A stretch of 64,000 bases of DNA, from assembly GCF_009914755.1 (NCBI RefSeq), contig NC_060930.1; one strand, given 5' to 3'. The notes under the pieces were generated by a model that was not told the DNA's origin, did not search any database, and saw nothing but the letters and a program-made list of their open reading frames with translations. How positions within the stretch are numbered: the first letter of the stretch is position 1; every line of letters starts with the position of its first letter. Positions 42,770-58,831 of this stretch are shown one piece after another. Made by a program: the position numbers and the translations under genes. Origin of the DNA: the human T2T-CHM13v2.0 reference genome, Homo sapiens.

Positions 42770-43697
42770 TAGCCCTTGCCTTCCTTAACATTTCTCTGCT
42801 GGAATCACAGATACACTCCATATAACACCTCAGTTTAGCCCTGGCTATGACCAGGTAGGTGCTCCTTGGCATTGTTATAGGGCTAGTCTTGCATATTGGG
42901 CCCAGCCTCAATCATATGATGGGAGTTCTGGCACTCTCTGTCCACTTCATTTTCCTTAACCCTACTGCTTCCCCCATCCAGAACCTGAAACTTCTGGTTA
43001 TATCTAAGACACCACCTAGTAGGACTGCATTCTGTTCTCCATGCTGTTTACTATACAATTTTCTATGAAAAGACTGGTTGTTTGGAATCACAGTAACTCC
43101 CTCCACCTGGCCAAGAGAAGCACAGCCACTGTCATAGTGTATGTCTGCTTTGGAGTTCATTGTATATTGAGTCAAATCTAAAATTTTATATTCTAGTAGA
43201 CACTGAATATGGTTTCACCTAGGTGATTTCATGTGTTTAATACTGCATCAAAACATCCTTGGCAAGTTCCTGCCTTCTTTATTCCCACCTTTCTGTCACT
43301 AAGTTCTCTATATTTTAAAAATAAACCTTAAAGGTTATGAATTGCTGTTGGATATACAAATATATAGGAGCAATACTAGTTAGGAGGCTTTTGTTAGAAT
43401 CCATTTGAGAGACTATGTTAGTTTAGTCCAGTATGTTAGAAGAGGTAAGAGTTGGTCATTTTCTAGGTATTTTTGAAGGTAGATCTGATGGGATTTTCTA
43501 AAATGTTGGATATGGGTTGTGCCAGAAAGAATGCCATCAAAGGTGACACCTCTATTTTTTATTTGAGTAACTGGAAAGGTGAGTTGCTGTTATCCTACTT
43601 AGAGATGATTGAGGGAGGAGCAGCTTTGGAGGGTACAGAGATGGAGAACTAGTTTGGGAATACTGTTTGTAGTATCTATTAATCATCAAAATAGAGA

Positions 43698-44370
43698 CGT
43701 AGCATTATTTAGGCACCCTGAAGGCCACCCTCACTTTAACACCAGCTGAAAAGTTCAAGGGCCTCCAAGGCCACCTTCACTTCTGACACCAGTTGCAATT
43801 TCAGGGGTCCCAAAGATTACTCTCAAGTTTGATAATTTGCTAGAATGAGTCACAGAGTGGACTGAAAGCTGTTATACTCATGGATACAATTTATAGCAGC
43901 AAAACAATGTAGGTTAAAATTGGCCAACGGAAGGAGTGCATAGGGAAGAGTCCAGGAGAGGTCCGTGCCCAGACTTTTCAGTTGTTCTTTCCCAGTGGAT
44001 TTGTGGACAGTGCTCACTTCTTCAGGCAATGACCTGTAACAATGTGCATGTAGTATTGCCAACTAGGCAAGCTCACTAGAGCTTGAATGTCTTAAGTGTT
44101 TATTAGGGTTTAATCATGTAGACATGACTGGCCACCCACTTGGCTGACCTGTAGTCTCCAACCCCTCCAGAACTTGAGCTGATGCCACATAGCTCAAAGC
44201 CTCTACCATGAATCACATTGTTTGACTAATCACATTGTTAGCCCAAGGTGCCCAAATAAACAAAAGCACTCTTGTTAGATAGGACATGCCAAAGGCTTAG
44301 AGAGTGTCTCCCAGGAGCTAATGGCAAAGGCCGGATCTCTCTTTAGGTAAAATTAATTCTTTATTACACA
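43698..44370 (-). mobile_element. ERV solo LTR (MER21C-like) inserted in L2-like sequence
   Basis: cacttctgacaccagttgc...tttgataatttgctagaa...actgaaagctgttatactcatgg...ttctttattacaca resembles recalled MER21. Confidence 0.7.
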
Positions 44371-47300
44371 GATGCCAAATAGAAAAGTGAATTTAAAAGT
44401 CTAGAGTTTGAGAAAGTGGACTGGTAAGAGATATGCCAGCGTACAGACAGTGTATTAGAGTCCTAGCAGAAAGTAAAATTCACTTAGATGGTTTTAATGA
44501 AAACATTTTGATAAAGATACCCCTTACAGGACTGCAGGCAAGATTTTGAGATCAAGTAGGGCCTGTTGAGACACATATATACCATCCTGGGATCCAAAGG
44601 AAAAGCAGTTAACAGAACCGATGAAAAGGGTTAACATGTGCCAAGCACAGTGCTAAGTGATTTGTTCATTTGATTTTTCCTATATGGTAATAATTATTAT
44701 TATCAAATGCTTATAAGGGAGAAAACTAAAGTTTAAAACATTTAAATACCTTTGTCTATATTTGTTCAGGAGAGAGTTAATGACCTGGGATTCAGCCTGA
44801 ATCTGCCTGCCACGGGCTGCCATGCCACTTATATGATTCTAAAATTTGACATTGTTATGCCACATATAAGATCATCCTGTGGGTTTCAGCCGCTCTCCAT
44901 GACTTACCTACAAAAGGGTGTCTAGTTAGTGACTCTCCCACTTAGGCTTTCCTGAGAGGCTTCTGCTTTGCTAGATCAGGGTTGTGAGCATTTCTGGTAT
45001 GGAAGTTTACAAATGGGAGTGGAGTAGAAAAAACAAAAACATAATGGCCGAATTCTCCTGTGGAAGGAAGTTAGGGAAGAGGTAAACTAGACTTCCAGGA
45101 AAACAGAAGCAAAGGAAGTATGTATGTGTATGATTCTAAGTGTGTACACACATACACATGTACATGTATTAAGTGTCAAAGTGTGTTTTCAGGATTTGGG
45201 TGTGTTTGAGAAGAGAAAAAAATACAGGATTTTAGTTGCAACTGACTATAAATTTGTACACTTTTAAAATGTTTTCATGGGATTGTAAAGGTCTGAATTC
45301 CTGCTGGAATTCTATTTATTTGAATGTATCATGGTTCAAGGTTATCAAGTGTGTCCTGGCTTCGAAGAGAACATAGTGCCTAGAATGTATCATCTATACT
45401 GTATTATTATTATGATTTTTGTTACAAAGCGTGGAAGGGCTTTGCCATTAATAAAACAATATAATGGATATGATTTAATATCATTAAAAATAATCAAGAG
45501 ATTTTAATATGGGGATAACCATTATATAATCCCACCATGCCTATCCCACCACCTGGGTCAGATCCCGTATTGAAACATGCCCCTAGACACAGAACTGGAC
45601 TCAGAAAGATTCTTGGCACAGTGCTTCATTTAGCTACAAATAATCAATTATCCCTGACACGCAAGTTAAAACTCATTTGCCACTTGGTTTATAATGTATC
45701 AAGCTAAAATGTTTTAACATGTTCTGGGTCTTCAATTTACTAGGTTATATCATAATTTTAAAATAAAGAAAATTTCAAAGAAAGAAGGCAATATCTCTGT
45801 AAAATTAGCATTCAGACTTGAGTATGTCCCAAGGAGACTAGCCCTCCAATTCTATTTTGTATAGCTTTCTTTTCCTCCTCTGAGAAGGTGAAAAACTCTT
45901 TGAAGATTTCCTTTCATTTCCTTTTCTCTTCTCTCTTATTTCTCTAAGCCCCAATTATCTCTGTTTTCAATGTTCTCTGTACAGAAAAAATCCGCATCAC
46001 CACCCACCTCCAGAAGGAGAGAATGGCTGATAAAAAATTGGAGATTGGATTTTGTTTCAGTGCCAATCTACTACTTGTGTCAAACCATTTTAAATTTTCT
46101 CATTATAGTTAGCTCTCTTCTCTGTTTTTACAGCATTGCCACACATTACAAAATCCATAGCTGGTACATATGCACTATTTAGTTAGCTTTAAAACATTTC
46201 TGTAGCCCACATACATTCTAATAAAATTAATTCTTTGAAAGGCCATACTTTGGCTTCTGAATAAATTATTATCTTTTCTCAACTGAAAAAAAAAGATGAT
46301 GATGAAACATGGAATATAGATGAATCATTTTTGTGTAGCTTATAATACAATGCATTTTGGGTTGAGTCTGAGCTTGCATAAAGACTGACTGAAATGATAA
46401 ATAGGCCTGATGATTAAGCCAGGTGGCAAATCACTAGTTTGTGTAGCTGCCAAAATGGATACCTGGGTATGGGAGGAAACCTGGGACTCCCTTCCTGGGG
46501 ATAGGGTAGTCGAGGCCTGCCGTAGAAGTGGTGTGATTAATCTCTTTAGAAGAGAGTGCCAGCTGCAGTGTGCATAAATGTCTCCTCCTGGATTCTCCTT
46601 AAAAGCTAAATTGATGACAGTCTCTTAAAAGAGCAGCTCAGCCCTCTGTCCCTGTAAGATAAAGACAAACCTTGATTTCAGCTACTACTGAAATAAGTAA
46701 AAGTAGAAAAAGGTTAAAAAAAAATAACAGTACTGTACTCTTAGTGAAGGAATTAGAGGTAATAGAATGTTACTCATCTACCAAAATATAAGGATAATTG
46801 CAATGTGGTACCCTTTTTTGTTAGAAGGTTTTGTGGAGCCCATCTGTGCAGATTGTTTGTTTTTTACTATCATTACATCAATTAATTACATTAGGGAAGA
46901 AGGGGACACTTTAATTAAAAGGCTGTTTTAAGGAGTTATAATTCTACTCTGTCATTAAATAATTTAACAATTTAAATAGGCACCAAATTTGTTAGTAAAG
47001 AATAATTCTGAAAATGTTTGTTTGTAAATTATTTATATTAACCACATTTTCAGCAAAATTAATTTTGCCTTTTTATTTCATCAAATCAAAGCGTCCATTG
47101 ATTTCTTCATTTTGACCAATGGACTGTAGGATAGGAAGACATATAAACCATCTCAATTATTTTGAGAGACTTATTTTTTCCTAAAAGAGAAAAACCTCTC
47201 ATTTTACCAAGTATGCATATTTGCTTGTGTGTGATATGTCTGATTAGGGTAATCTTTTCTGCAATTGGCATTTTTAGAACATGATGAGTTGCAAAGAGAA

Positions 47301-48887
47301 GACATGGCTGGTGAAAAGATGGATATAGACCCACAGAAATAAATATATAGCCAATAATGTAATTTAAAAACATTGCTGCTACTTAAGTCCATACTTCTTT
47401 GGATAAAAACCTTCATCCACATAAGTTATACTACAGGAATGCCTTTGTGTATTTCACATAAAATGGGTGGATAAACATCTATTTTTTGGATGTCTTGAAT
47501 GCATCTTTCTTTTTGTCAACCATCTTCCATTTTTCTAGAGTGTGCTAAATAATGGAATTCAGAGACTTGTATCTAAATGTCAGGGAATAAGGAAAGCAAA
47601 GGATTAAGAATGAAAATAAATATGGAAATATGAGAAATAATATCATGGGACAGAACAAGAGAGGCTTAGAAGCTAAGAGAAGATTCTAAGCAACTCCTGG
47701 TGCAGGAGTTGATGGAAAGTGAGAATTTAAAAATAATGATTCTGCATTCTGTATTTAAACTGTTCTCTAGACTGTTTCTGTCTGATTGAAATAGTAAGCC
47801 ATTTTTTTTAAAACATTGAATGTGAAAAGCATTATAGAAACTGCTTTTGTACTTAAAAAAAATGCCAGAGTCAAACTGTATCTCATGCAGTTGAAGACTG
47901 AATAAGTAATATTATTCCAGTCATTATATTTATCTAGGATCAGTGTCTTACACATAGTGGATGTGCAAAAAATATATGTGGAATGAATGAATGAAGATAA
48001 CATTTTACTCAAATTTTTAAGTAGGAGACGGCAGGTCCTACTAGTAGTGAGGTTTTTATCTTTTTTTCACTCTTCAATGTTATTCCCCAGGGAAACTGGC
48101 AAACTGAAATCTGTTACATTAATGCCAGCAGAGATGTATGAGTGTGAAGAGAATAAGTAAACATTTATTGTACCTGATGGCTCAATGGACTATCAACATG
48201 AGCTCTTAAGAGACTTGAAAATACTTGGCAGTGTTTATCCTTAGGATGAACTCTACAAAAACTATTTGTGGACATTATTTTCAGAAAATTTCTATTTTGG
48301 GGTCAGCTGAGCTTTTTCAATTCAAAACTTATGAGCTAATATGTAACTATATAACGCCTTTCCTTTGGCAATGAGTTAATTTCTTAATGTTTTTTAATTC
48401 TAATGTTAGGTTTTCTATCTAAATCAGTGTCAAAATATCATCCAAAAATAGAGATAGTAGCTAGTACATTTTTAATACAATATTTTCCCATGTTACCCAA
48501 TATAAACATAATGACAAACAGCCATTTACTGAGAGTCTAATATATGCCAGTTTATTTTTCAGAGTTTTACATGTTAAACCATAGATGATTTTACCTTCTT
48601 ATAGAGAAAAATATATCAAAGCTGAGAGTAACATAGTGCCTTGCACAAAGCCACACGGATTGTAAAATTTTGAACTGAGATTCAAACCCAACACCCCAGC
48701 TATAATAGACTAAATCCCCCAAATTTACATTTGACGCTCACAAAATCTTGTGAGGTAAGTAGGGCAAAAGCAATTTTTATTTTCTTTATTCACCTAGGGT
48801 TGTTATTTGATTATTCTGCATTTATGGAAATAATTTTGTGAGAATGATAGAAATTTAAAATGGGAACAATTTAGGGGTAATCTAAAT

Positions 48888-49677
<790 letters not shown>

Positions 49678-50284
49678 ATCTAGATAAAACTTTCATTTAG
49701 AAGACATGGAAATTAAGGTGTCTCATGGATCTGCTACTGATGATCGATTAGAGAGGGGCTGATACTTTCCTACAAGGGTATTAGATATGGCTAGGATGGA
49801 TGCTCAAACTATCTTATGGAAATATATGAAGGTGATTTTGAGTGGCGGTTTGTATTTTACCTCCCTCCCACTGATGACACAACAACCAACCCGCACAACC
49901 CTTCTGAAACTACCCTTGCCTGGAACAGCAATGATCTTGTTAAATTCAATAATCATTTTTTAAAAAGTGCTTACTGAGATTTGTTTGTTAGCAACCCTTG
50001 ACATGGCTGATCACTCCCTTCATTTTGACTCAATTGTATGGTCCTCCCATGATCTCACACTCAGTGAAAGCACCCTCTCTCTCCAGATGCCCAACCAGAA
50101 GTCAGAAACTTCCCAGACTCTGATCTCTTCCTCACCAAGTGATCTCAATCATCTTTTCTTATAAATATCTCAGTATTCCATCCACATTTTTTCTGCCTGA
50201 TATTTTGCCCTGACTATGCATCTTACCTCTCTTACATTATCACTACTATCTTCTAACGATTTGATTTTATTCCTTATTTTTATG

Positions 50285-51060
50285 TGTTTTTTTTTCCAAA
50301 TTTTATTTTAGTTTCCAGGTGTACATGTGCAGGTTTGTTACATGGGTAAATTTTGTGTTGTGGGGGTTTGGTGTACACATAATTTTGTCACCCAAGTAAT
50401 CAGCATAATACCAATAGGCAGTTTTTCAGTCATTAGTTCACTTCAAATAATGAACTCCAGCTCTGTCTGTGTTGTTGCAAAGGCCATGGTCTCATTTTTA
50501 TGGCTGTGTAGCATTCCATGGTGTATATGTACCACATTTTCTGGTATCTAGGTTGATTTCACATCTTTACTATCATGAATAGTGCTGCGATGAACATACA
50601 CATGCATGTTTTTTAATGGTAGAGTTATATTCCTTTGGGTATATCCCATTAATGGGATTGCTGAGTTGAATGGTGTTTTAAATTCTTTAAGAAATCTCCA
50701 GACTGCTTTCCAGAGTGGCTGAACTAATTTACATTCCCACCTTTTCTCCACAACTTCACCAGCATGTTACTTTTTGACTTTTTAATAGTAGTCATTCTGA
50801 ATGGAAAATATTTGCACACTATATCTCTGACAAAGGTCTCATTTCCAGAATCTACAAGGAACTCAAGTCCGCAAGCAAAAAATAATCAACCTCATTTAAA
50901 AATGGGCAAAAGTCATGAAAAGACACTTCCAAAAGAAGACATATATGTGGCCAACAAACATATGAACCAATGCTCAATATCACTAATCATTAGGGAAATG
51001 CAAATTAAAACCACAATGAGATACCATCTCACACTAGCCAGCATGGGTTTTATTAAAAAT
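50285..51060 (-). mobile_element. Old primate L1 with 5' inversion (50285-50800 on -, 50801-51060 on +)
   Basis: Antisense 3'UTR/ORF2 end joined directly to a sense ORF2 piece encoding [11 protein letters not shown]...[14 protein letters not shown]. Confidence 0.88.
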
Positions 51061-51574
51061 CCAACTATTTCTTTCCCCGGTTCTTCTCATCGGTCCTCCA
51101 TAATCTGAGCAATTCTTTTGAACTACAGATTCCAAGTGGGCACTTTTCACAGCTCTTAGGTTAAAGCCCCAATTCTTTCAAGTATTTTACAAAAGCTTCT
51201 GAAGCAGCCCCGTGCTTGCATCTACAGCTGGGCTTGTCACTGATTCTTCTTTGCTTCATAAGATTCTCTGACCTGCTCCCTCACTTCCATGACAGTATAT
51301 AAAAACTGTTTATTCTTCTATATGCATTCCTTTGACTCTTTCTCTTTTTATTCATGTATTAACTTGGATGTCACCTCCTTTGGAATAATTTCCCCTGAGT
51401 CCTCCCACTCTGAGTTAGATTATCCTGTATATGATTCCTCAATGATGTGTTCTTTCCAACCAAAATATTATTTGCCAGTCTTCATTTGTAGTTACTTGCT
51501 TAATATCATTTTCCCCTGTATACTTTTAGTATTGTATGCACAGAAACTTCATCTGATTTTGTCTTTCTATAGTG

Positions 51575-51627
51575 AAAGAATAACCCCATTAAAAAATGGG
51601 CAAAGGACATGAAAAGACACTTCTCAG
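51575..51627 (+). mobile_element. Isolated L1 ORF2 fragment of about 55 bp
   Basis: aataaccccattaaaaaatgggcaaaggacatgaaaagacacttctca is the [16 protein letters not shown] segment of L1 ORF2. Confidence 0.8.
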
Positions 51628-52596
51628 AATTGTTCTACCCAATGTTGAGAACAATGTTGGACTTACAGTAAGAAGATTATAAGTCATACACATTTGTTAG
51701 ATGCATTATTAAATGAATATTTTTTCTCTTTTTTCTGCAGTTAGTTGTATTTATGGTTTTCTGACTCACCTTTATGAAGTTGAGAATCTTGCTTTGAATT
51801 AATTATTTTATTGTCCTGCTAGTATAATATAGTTACTATCCTGTATGACTGCTATGCCAAAGTGGTTCAAAGACTGGCTCTCGTATTACACGTAAAACCA
51901 GGTGAAACCAGGCCTATATTTGGAAATTTGCCTCATTCTTTTATGACCAAGAAGGTCATCTGGGAAGATTGGTTAAAATATGCATGCATGAGTTCTACCC
52001 TCTGAAGATTCTAAATTGGTTGTTTAGATTGTAAGCAGCTCCACAGATTACTGCCACACCTTTCAAAGTGTAGGAACTACTGACTTACTGCAAGAATACT
52101 CTGGTTTATTTATAAAAAGTAGTTAAAGAGTTACCTTGTAAAATGTACTCTAATTTAGTAGCAGAGCACTCCCATGTTCAAAGAAATATATAGTTTTCTG
52201 AATGTATAGTTTTCTGTACATATATGTTTGGAAGGACGTCATAGCCGAACATTAAACTCTAGCAGGTATTACAAGTTCAAGTACCTATTTTTGTTTCTTT
52301 ACAGCTCAATGTTAACACCTGTACTCATTAAACACATCTTACTTCTCTAGAACTTATTGTAGTATGTTTAATGGATGCATTTAATATCAATTTTTATGTA
52401 GTATTTATTTAAATAGCATTAGTAAATATTTAACTTTGCAAAACAAAATGTGGTAATACTATTTTACCATGCAATTTTTGCAGCTGTTATGTGTAGAAGC
52501 TGTTAGGTGTAGAAGCTGTATAACTTACAGTGAAGCAACTTTATGGGGCCATGTGTTTTTAAAACAAAATATACCAAGTATATTTGTGAATTCACA

Positions 52597-52900
52597 TTTT
52601 TTATTGTTAATTGATACATAATAATTTTGCATATTTATGGAGTATAATGTAATGTTTTGACATATGTATATATGTACTGATGACATTAGAGTAATTAGCA
52701 TATCCATTACCTTGAACATTTATCATTTATTTGTGATAAGAACAGACAAAATCTTCTAGCTATTTTGAAGTAAATAAAACCTTATTGTTAACTATAGTAA
52801 TCCTTCTAAGCAACAGGACACCAGCATTTATTCTTCCTTTCTAATTGTAACTTTGTACCCACTGACCATCCCCTCTCCATCCCTCTCTTCCCTCTACCCT
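52597..52900 (-). mobile_element. L1MA-like 3'UTR fragment
   Basis: aattgatacataataattttgcatatttatggagta...gtaattagcatatccattacc...ctagctattttgaa...ttaactatagt. Confidence 0.8.
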
Positions 52901-52959
52901 CCATTTATTTTTATTTATATTTACTCCTGTTTTCAAAAAGGTTAAGTAACAGGTATGTA

Positions 52960-53012
52960 TACATACATACAGACAGTACATGTACGCACACGCGCACGCA
53001 CACGCAGACACA

Positions 53013-53048
<36 letters not shown>
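52960..53048. repeat. Compound (CA)n/(CACG)n microsatellite
   Basis: Read directly from the sequence. Confidence 0.92.
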
Positions 53049-53050
<2 letters not shown>

Positions 53051-54240
53051 GAGAAACAGAGAGAAGGAAAAAGAGACAGTTTCTGATTATTTACAAATAT
53101 TTTGCTTTATCATTGTTTGTCATACTGTATTGATGAAGGTAGTTTTTCAGGGAAAATAGAAATAGATACTAGTATAGAGATGAGATTTTTAAAAGATAAG
53201 AAGAAAGAGTAGAAGGAGAAAAGAAAATTGCTTCATTTGATCCAAGCTGCAATGGAATTGGATGATCTTTTTTTCTTTTCACACTCTTTTATATAGTGGA
53301 TCTTTTGTGTCAGCTCTTTAATGTGTTTCATTACTTGAAGACTGTATAAAGGAATACATTCAATAATTTTTCTCTTATTTTAAAATGCATCACAGTTATA
53401 TGACTTATTGGAAATATATTCATTAATGTGATATATTTTTAATTTAATTATCAGGTACTTCTCTAGGAGAATGCTTACTTTACAAATGTGTGCAGGTATA
53501 TTTACTTTTTAATTTAATGTTGTTAACTAGAAAACAATACAAAAATTGTTAGCATTATTTTTTAAAATAATTATGGTTCAGGCTATTTAAAATCTATTTT
53601 ATTAAGGAAAGTTATTTCACTGTTACATATACACCAACTTGAGTTTCCAGGTTATTCACCAGAACATTACATGTTACTGACGATGAAAACCAAGTAACCA
53701 AAGTTTCTAATAATAGGGAATAGTTACATAAATTAGGTGCGTGATAAAACACAGTGTTCATTAAAGGCAATCTAGAATAATAATCACTGACTTACAAGGC
53801 CCTCTAAGGCATTATCACAAAACAATTATTAATGTAAAATACAATACAAACAAAGCTATGTGTGTACACGTGTAAATGCACAGAACGTGTTATGGAAAAA
53901 CAGTATTTCAAGCCTTTAATAGTGACAGCCTGCAGGGGAGTAGAACTGGGGTATAAAGGGAAACTATTTTACTCTATGTCTTTTTATACATTTAAGTTAT
54001 TTATATTAACTTTTAGTCATGTGTTTCTTTTATAACTTGAAAAATGTCTTAAAGAATTTGAGAAATGTTTATTTTAACAAAAATAACAGAGGATATGGAA
54101 TTGTTTTGAAACAGGAATTTCAAGTTGCACCATTAAATACACTTATACATGGTCAAGAAAATTATGCGTTCTTGGCCGTATCAAACTATCTCATGTAGTT
54201 TATAATATACAAACCTATGTAACCACAAAAATTAAAATGA

Positions 54241-54561
<321 letters not shown>

Positions 54562-57460
54562 TAAACTTGCACTTACAATATGATCTTCTTTTAAATCAAA
54601 ATATTATTGTTATGCAATCAGTTATAATAACCTTGATGTAATTTTATGATAGAAAGTCTGACAATTGCTTTTAATTAATTGTCTTAAAAGAAAAGTAATG
54701 TAAACATTGATGATCTTCAAAACGGGTTGTTGGAAGTTTGGAGGTTATTTTCAAATGACTGCAATGCTGTTGGTTAATGAGATAGTTGATTAATGAGATA
54801 GTTATTTCTTTTTGTTTTGAAATGAGGGAAGGAACTAAGAGTCAACCAGTTGAGCAGCTCACTCATTACAATCAGCCAGTAGGAAAAAGATGTAATAGAT
54901 TTACCATTTACCTGATATTTACTGTAAGAGACTTTATATATTTGATCTTATTTCATCATCACTACAACAAAAAGAAGTAGGGACTATCTCTACTTTACAG
55001 ACAAACTGAGTCCCAAAATGAACAAGTAACTTGACCAATGTCAAGTAGCAAGAACATAGCAGAGGGATTGATATCCAACCTAATGATGTTAACAAGTATT
55101 CATTCCAGAATAAAGCATTGCCTGACAAAAACCAACCAACCAACCAAACAAACAAACAAAACCTTCTAAATCAATCAAACAAAACAATTTGTAGCTGTGA
55201 AATCTTTTAGTATTATGTCAGCATTATTCAGACCTAACAGCAAACTGGAAAACAGAAATTATTATCAGTCCATATCTTACAGATGAAGGAACTGAAGTTG
55301 GGAGTTAAATGGCCAGAACAAGGCCCTACACTTACTATGTAGTAGAGCCTGGATTTGAACACAAATTTTTGGATTTTGTTTCTTAAACTCTTTTATGCAC
55401 ACTGAGCTGACACCTTTGTAGCTTGGAACTAGTCAGTCATTTAGAAACCTCTCATGTATAGGACAAAATATTTCTACTGGAGAGTTACGCAGATTCAGAT
55501 GTCAAATTATATCCCATTAAATATAACTGCCAATAGTAAATGCCTGTTATAGCATGGTTAATTTATTAAACAGATGTTTATCCAATATTCCAATATAAAT
55601 GTTGATTTTCACAGTAAAATATTTACTTTGATTTGAAAAATTGCTATAGTTTTATCTTTGGATAATGAAGCATATGAGAGTTTTTGGGTTTTTTTGGCAA
55701 CAAATAAAACAACGCACTAAGATTACTACTGAACTCTAGAGTCAAGATTTATTTCACATAATTCCCAAACAATTCCTGATCATGGTTTGAATACACAGGC
55801 TTGGAAAAGAGACCTTTCCTTTACTCCTGGAGTGAGTGGCACTAAGCTATTTCAGTGACAGAGCTTTGGCTGCTTTCTCTAGGCTTCTAGTAAGTATGTA
55901 AATGATCAGCTGTCTTTTCTCTAAAGAACTAACTCTCACTATTTTGCTATCTGGAAGGTGAGAAGCCTGTCACCTTTAAATTTGAACTTGCTTTCTGACT
56001 TCTATTAGATATATTTATTATTTTATACTTGTTTTCTTATGTGTTCTTTGCAAACATGCTTTGTTTGCAAAAGGAAAACAGAAATAATAGAATATTTAAA
56101 TACATATAACAGAAAAATGTAATTTTAACAAGGTCAGTAGATGAAAAATTAGAAAATAGGTAAAATGAGAATATGAAAGTTGAGATGAATCCAGAGCGAC
56201 ATTATTATACAGTATGCATCCTCTGAGGTCCTATACCAGAAGACCACAAATATGGTGGTGTTATTTTTAACTTTGTCTCACATTTGAATTTTCCAGTTAT
56301 TCTAGTAACCAAGAAGAAAGTGAATAGCTTCTAGGAAATTCAGCAGTGCATTTAATAGGGTCCTATTTTGTGATTTGTGAAATTTTTCTGAGATTCCTGA
56401 ACATTCACTGATGTTGGAACTCCTAAGACATGGTATAGGAGTTGAAGAGCAAAAATAGATGAGCTTTCAGCTAGTCTGGCTTCATCCAAGAATGAATAAT
56501 AGGACTATGCAGAAAAATAAATGGCCTTAATCAGTTTACTCTTGTGCGTTTGTTTGTGTAATTTATTTAATTTATTTATTTAAACTGATTGAGCTTTTAC
56601 TAGTTATTGAACAACAGTGAATTTGAAGTTTTCCTGCTAGAAAGCTTTAAAAGTGAGTGGAGCTTGCGGTTGAGTAGATTTCCTCTGAGGCAAGTTGAGT
56701 ACACTAATTGGCATGCATGCCTCCATAGCAGATGATTCTACCTCCATCCAGATTTATCAAAGAAAATACCCTAGGGCAGAGCCAAGATCCTCTGAAGTAA
56801 AACCTCACAAGGACATTCTATCACAGGGAAAAAATAGTAATCAGGAACTTCAAAGTTTAGATCAGAGAGTGTGAAATAAAAACTTTTAGCCTGGAAAAAA
56901 TGTAAAAGAAAATGCTAATAAAATCCTACAGTGGTGTGAAGTAAAATAAAGTAAAAATTGAAGAAATGTGTATAGGCCCCCCTCATATTGTTGACCTTGA
57001 GCAATATGATTTCTGGATCTTACCTGAAAAATAAACTGGTTGCATATTATCTGCCTAGATAACTGCATGTGTTAATTCATCATATAGCATAGCACTACAC
57101 CAGCTTAATGTTGGGGTTTCTAATAATATTTTGACTTTAGAAAATTTAATCTGTAGTATTTCTTTTAGGAGAGATGATATGACAACCGCTTTTATGTTGA
57201 GGCAATTATTATATTATTTGTGCATAAAAACATACTGATTTTATTCTCTCTAATATGTTTGAAGTGTGCATACAATTCACTCAAAAGTAGCAGTAAGACA
57301 TGCTATAATTAAAACCAGATCCAGAGCAAGTTATTTAAAAAAAAATTCTACTGGAAATTATTAACTAATCTTTTAAGAGAGTATTCCTGTTGTTCATTCT
57401 TTTTGAGTAAGGTTACAATGTAGGTACTTAATCAAAAATAACTACTATTTCTACCTCCAA

Positions 57461-57797
<337 letters not shown>

Positions 57798-58129
57798 TGA
57801 TCCTTGTTTTCAAAATCAAAAGCTGAGAGAAGGTCAATGAAAGCCAGAAACAGACTCCAATTACCCTCATAGATTTCTTCTCAAGGTGATGAAGAAAAAC
57901 CTGTAGCCATTGGAAATACATATGTCAGAACAAATCATCTTCTTCTCCACCATCTCCTCAACAACTTCCCCTACACCAAAGCAGAATTTGATGCACTTGC
58001 CTGAGACGTCCATGTTTTCAAATTTTCAAGGAAGGAACAGGCAAAAATTTTAGAATGCATGGAGTCAAAAATTGTTCTACAACTTTGAGAATATGAAATA
58101 TACCACTTTAGAAAATGACATAGATTCCA

Positions 58130-58330
58130 AACTCCACATTAGAGACCTGGAGTCCATGTTTACTCACTGTCTCACTTTGTTGGACAGTTTATTCATTCTT
58201 TTCATGTCCTAGTTTCCTTACCCATAAAATGAACATAATAGTAGGACTGACTTCTAGGGTTTTTATGAGGCTTAAATATGTAATGTGCTTAGAATAGTAT
58301 CTGACAAATTTTAAGCATTATATAAGTATT
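58130..58330 (+). mobile_element. MIR
   Basis: agtttccttacccataaaatgaacataatagtaggactgacttctagggtttttatgaggcttaaat MIR core. Similar degenerate MIRs occur near 11040, 11530, 24680, 34640, 44630 and 55200. Confidence 0.7.
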
Positions 58331-58831
58331 ATTTTTAGTTATACATCTGAATCGTTATTTCTTTCAATTACCTTTATCTCTAGTTCTATACCTACAGAGT
58401 TGATAAAGTAAAAAAAATTGCCAAGCATAATATTGAGCTGTCATTGAATGGTACTGGAGATAGGGAGCCATCTGAACATATCCATCAGGAGCAATGAATG
58501 CCTTCTACAAATATGATCTTGTAAATTTGTATTTAATAAGGGAAATTCTGTCTTATTTTGCTTGAGATGAAATTTTAATCCGAATATTATTGGTTTATAT
58601 AAGTATTACCCACTGAAGAAATATTATTTGGTAATTTGATACCTAAATTTCCTGTGCTCAATTCTTTGATGCCACCTTTCATTAACCAATGTTTCTCCCT
58701 TTTTAAATATATTTGATACATTCCAAATTTTTCACAAATATCTATTCCTTCTTAAAGAATTCATGTTGCAGAACTACAAATTCTATCCTACCTAACTGGT
58801 TAATGCTGATTTATGAGCATGATGCTTTTCT

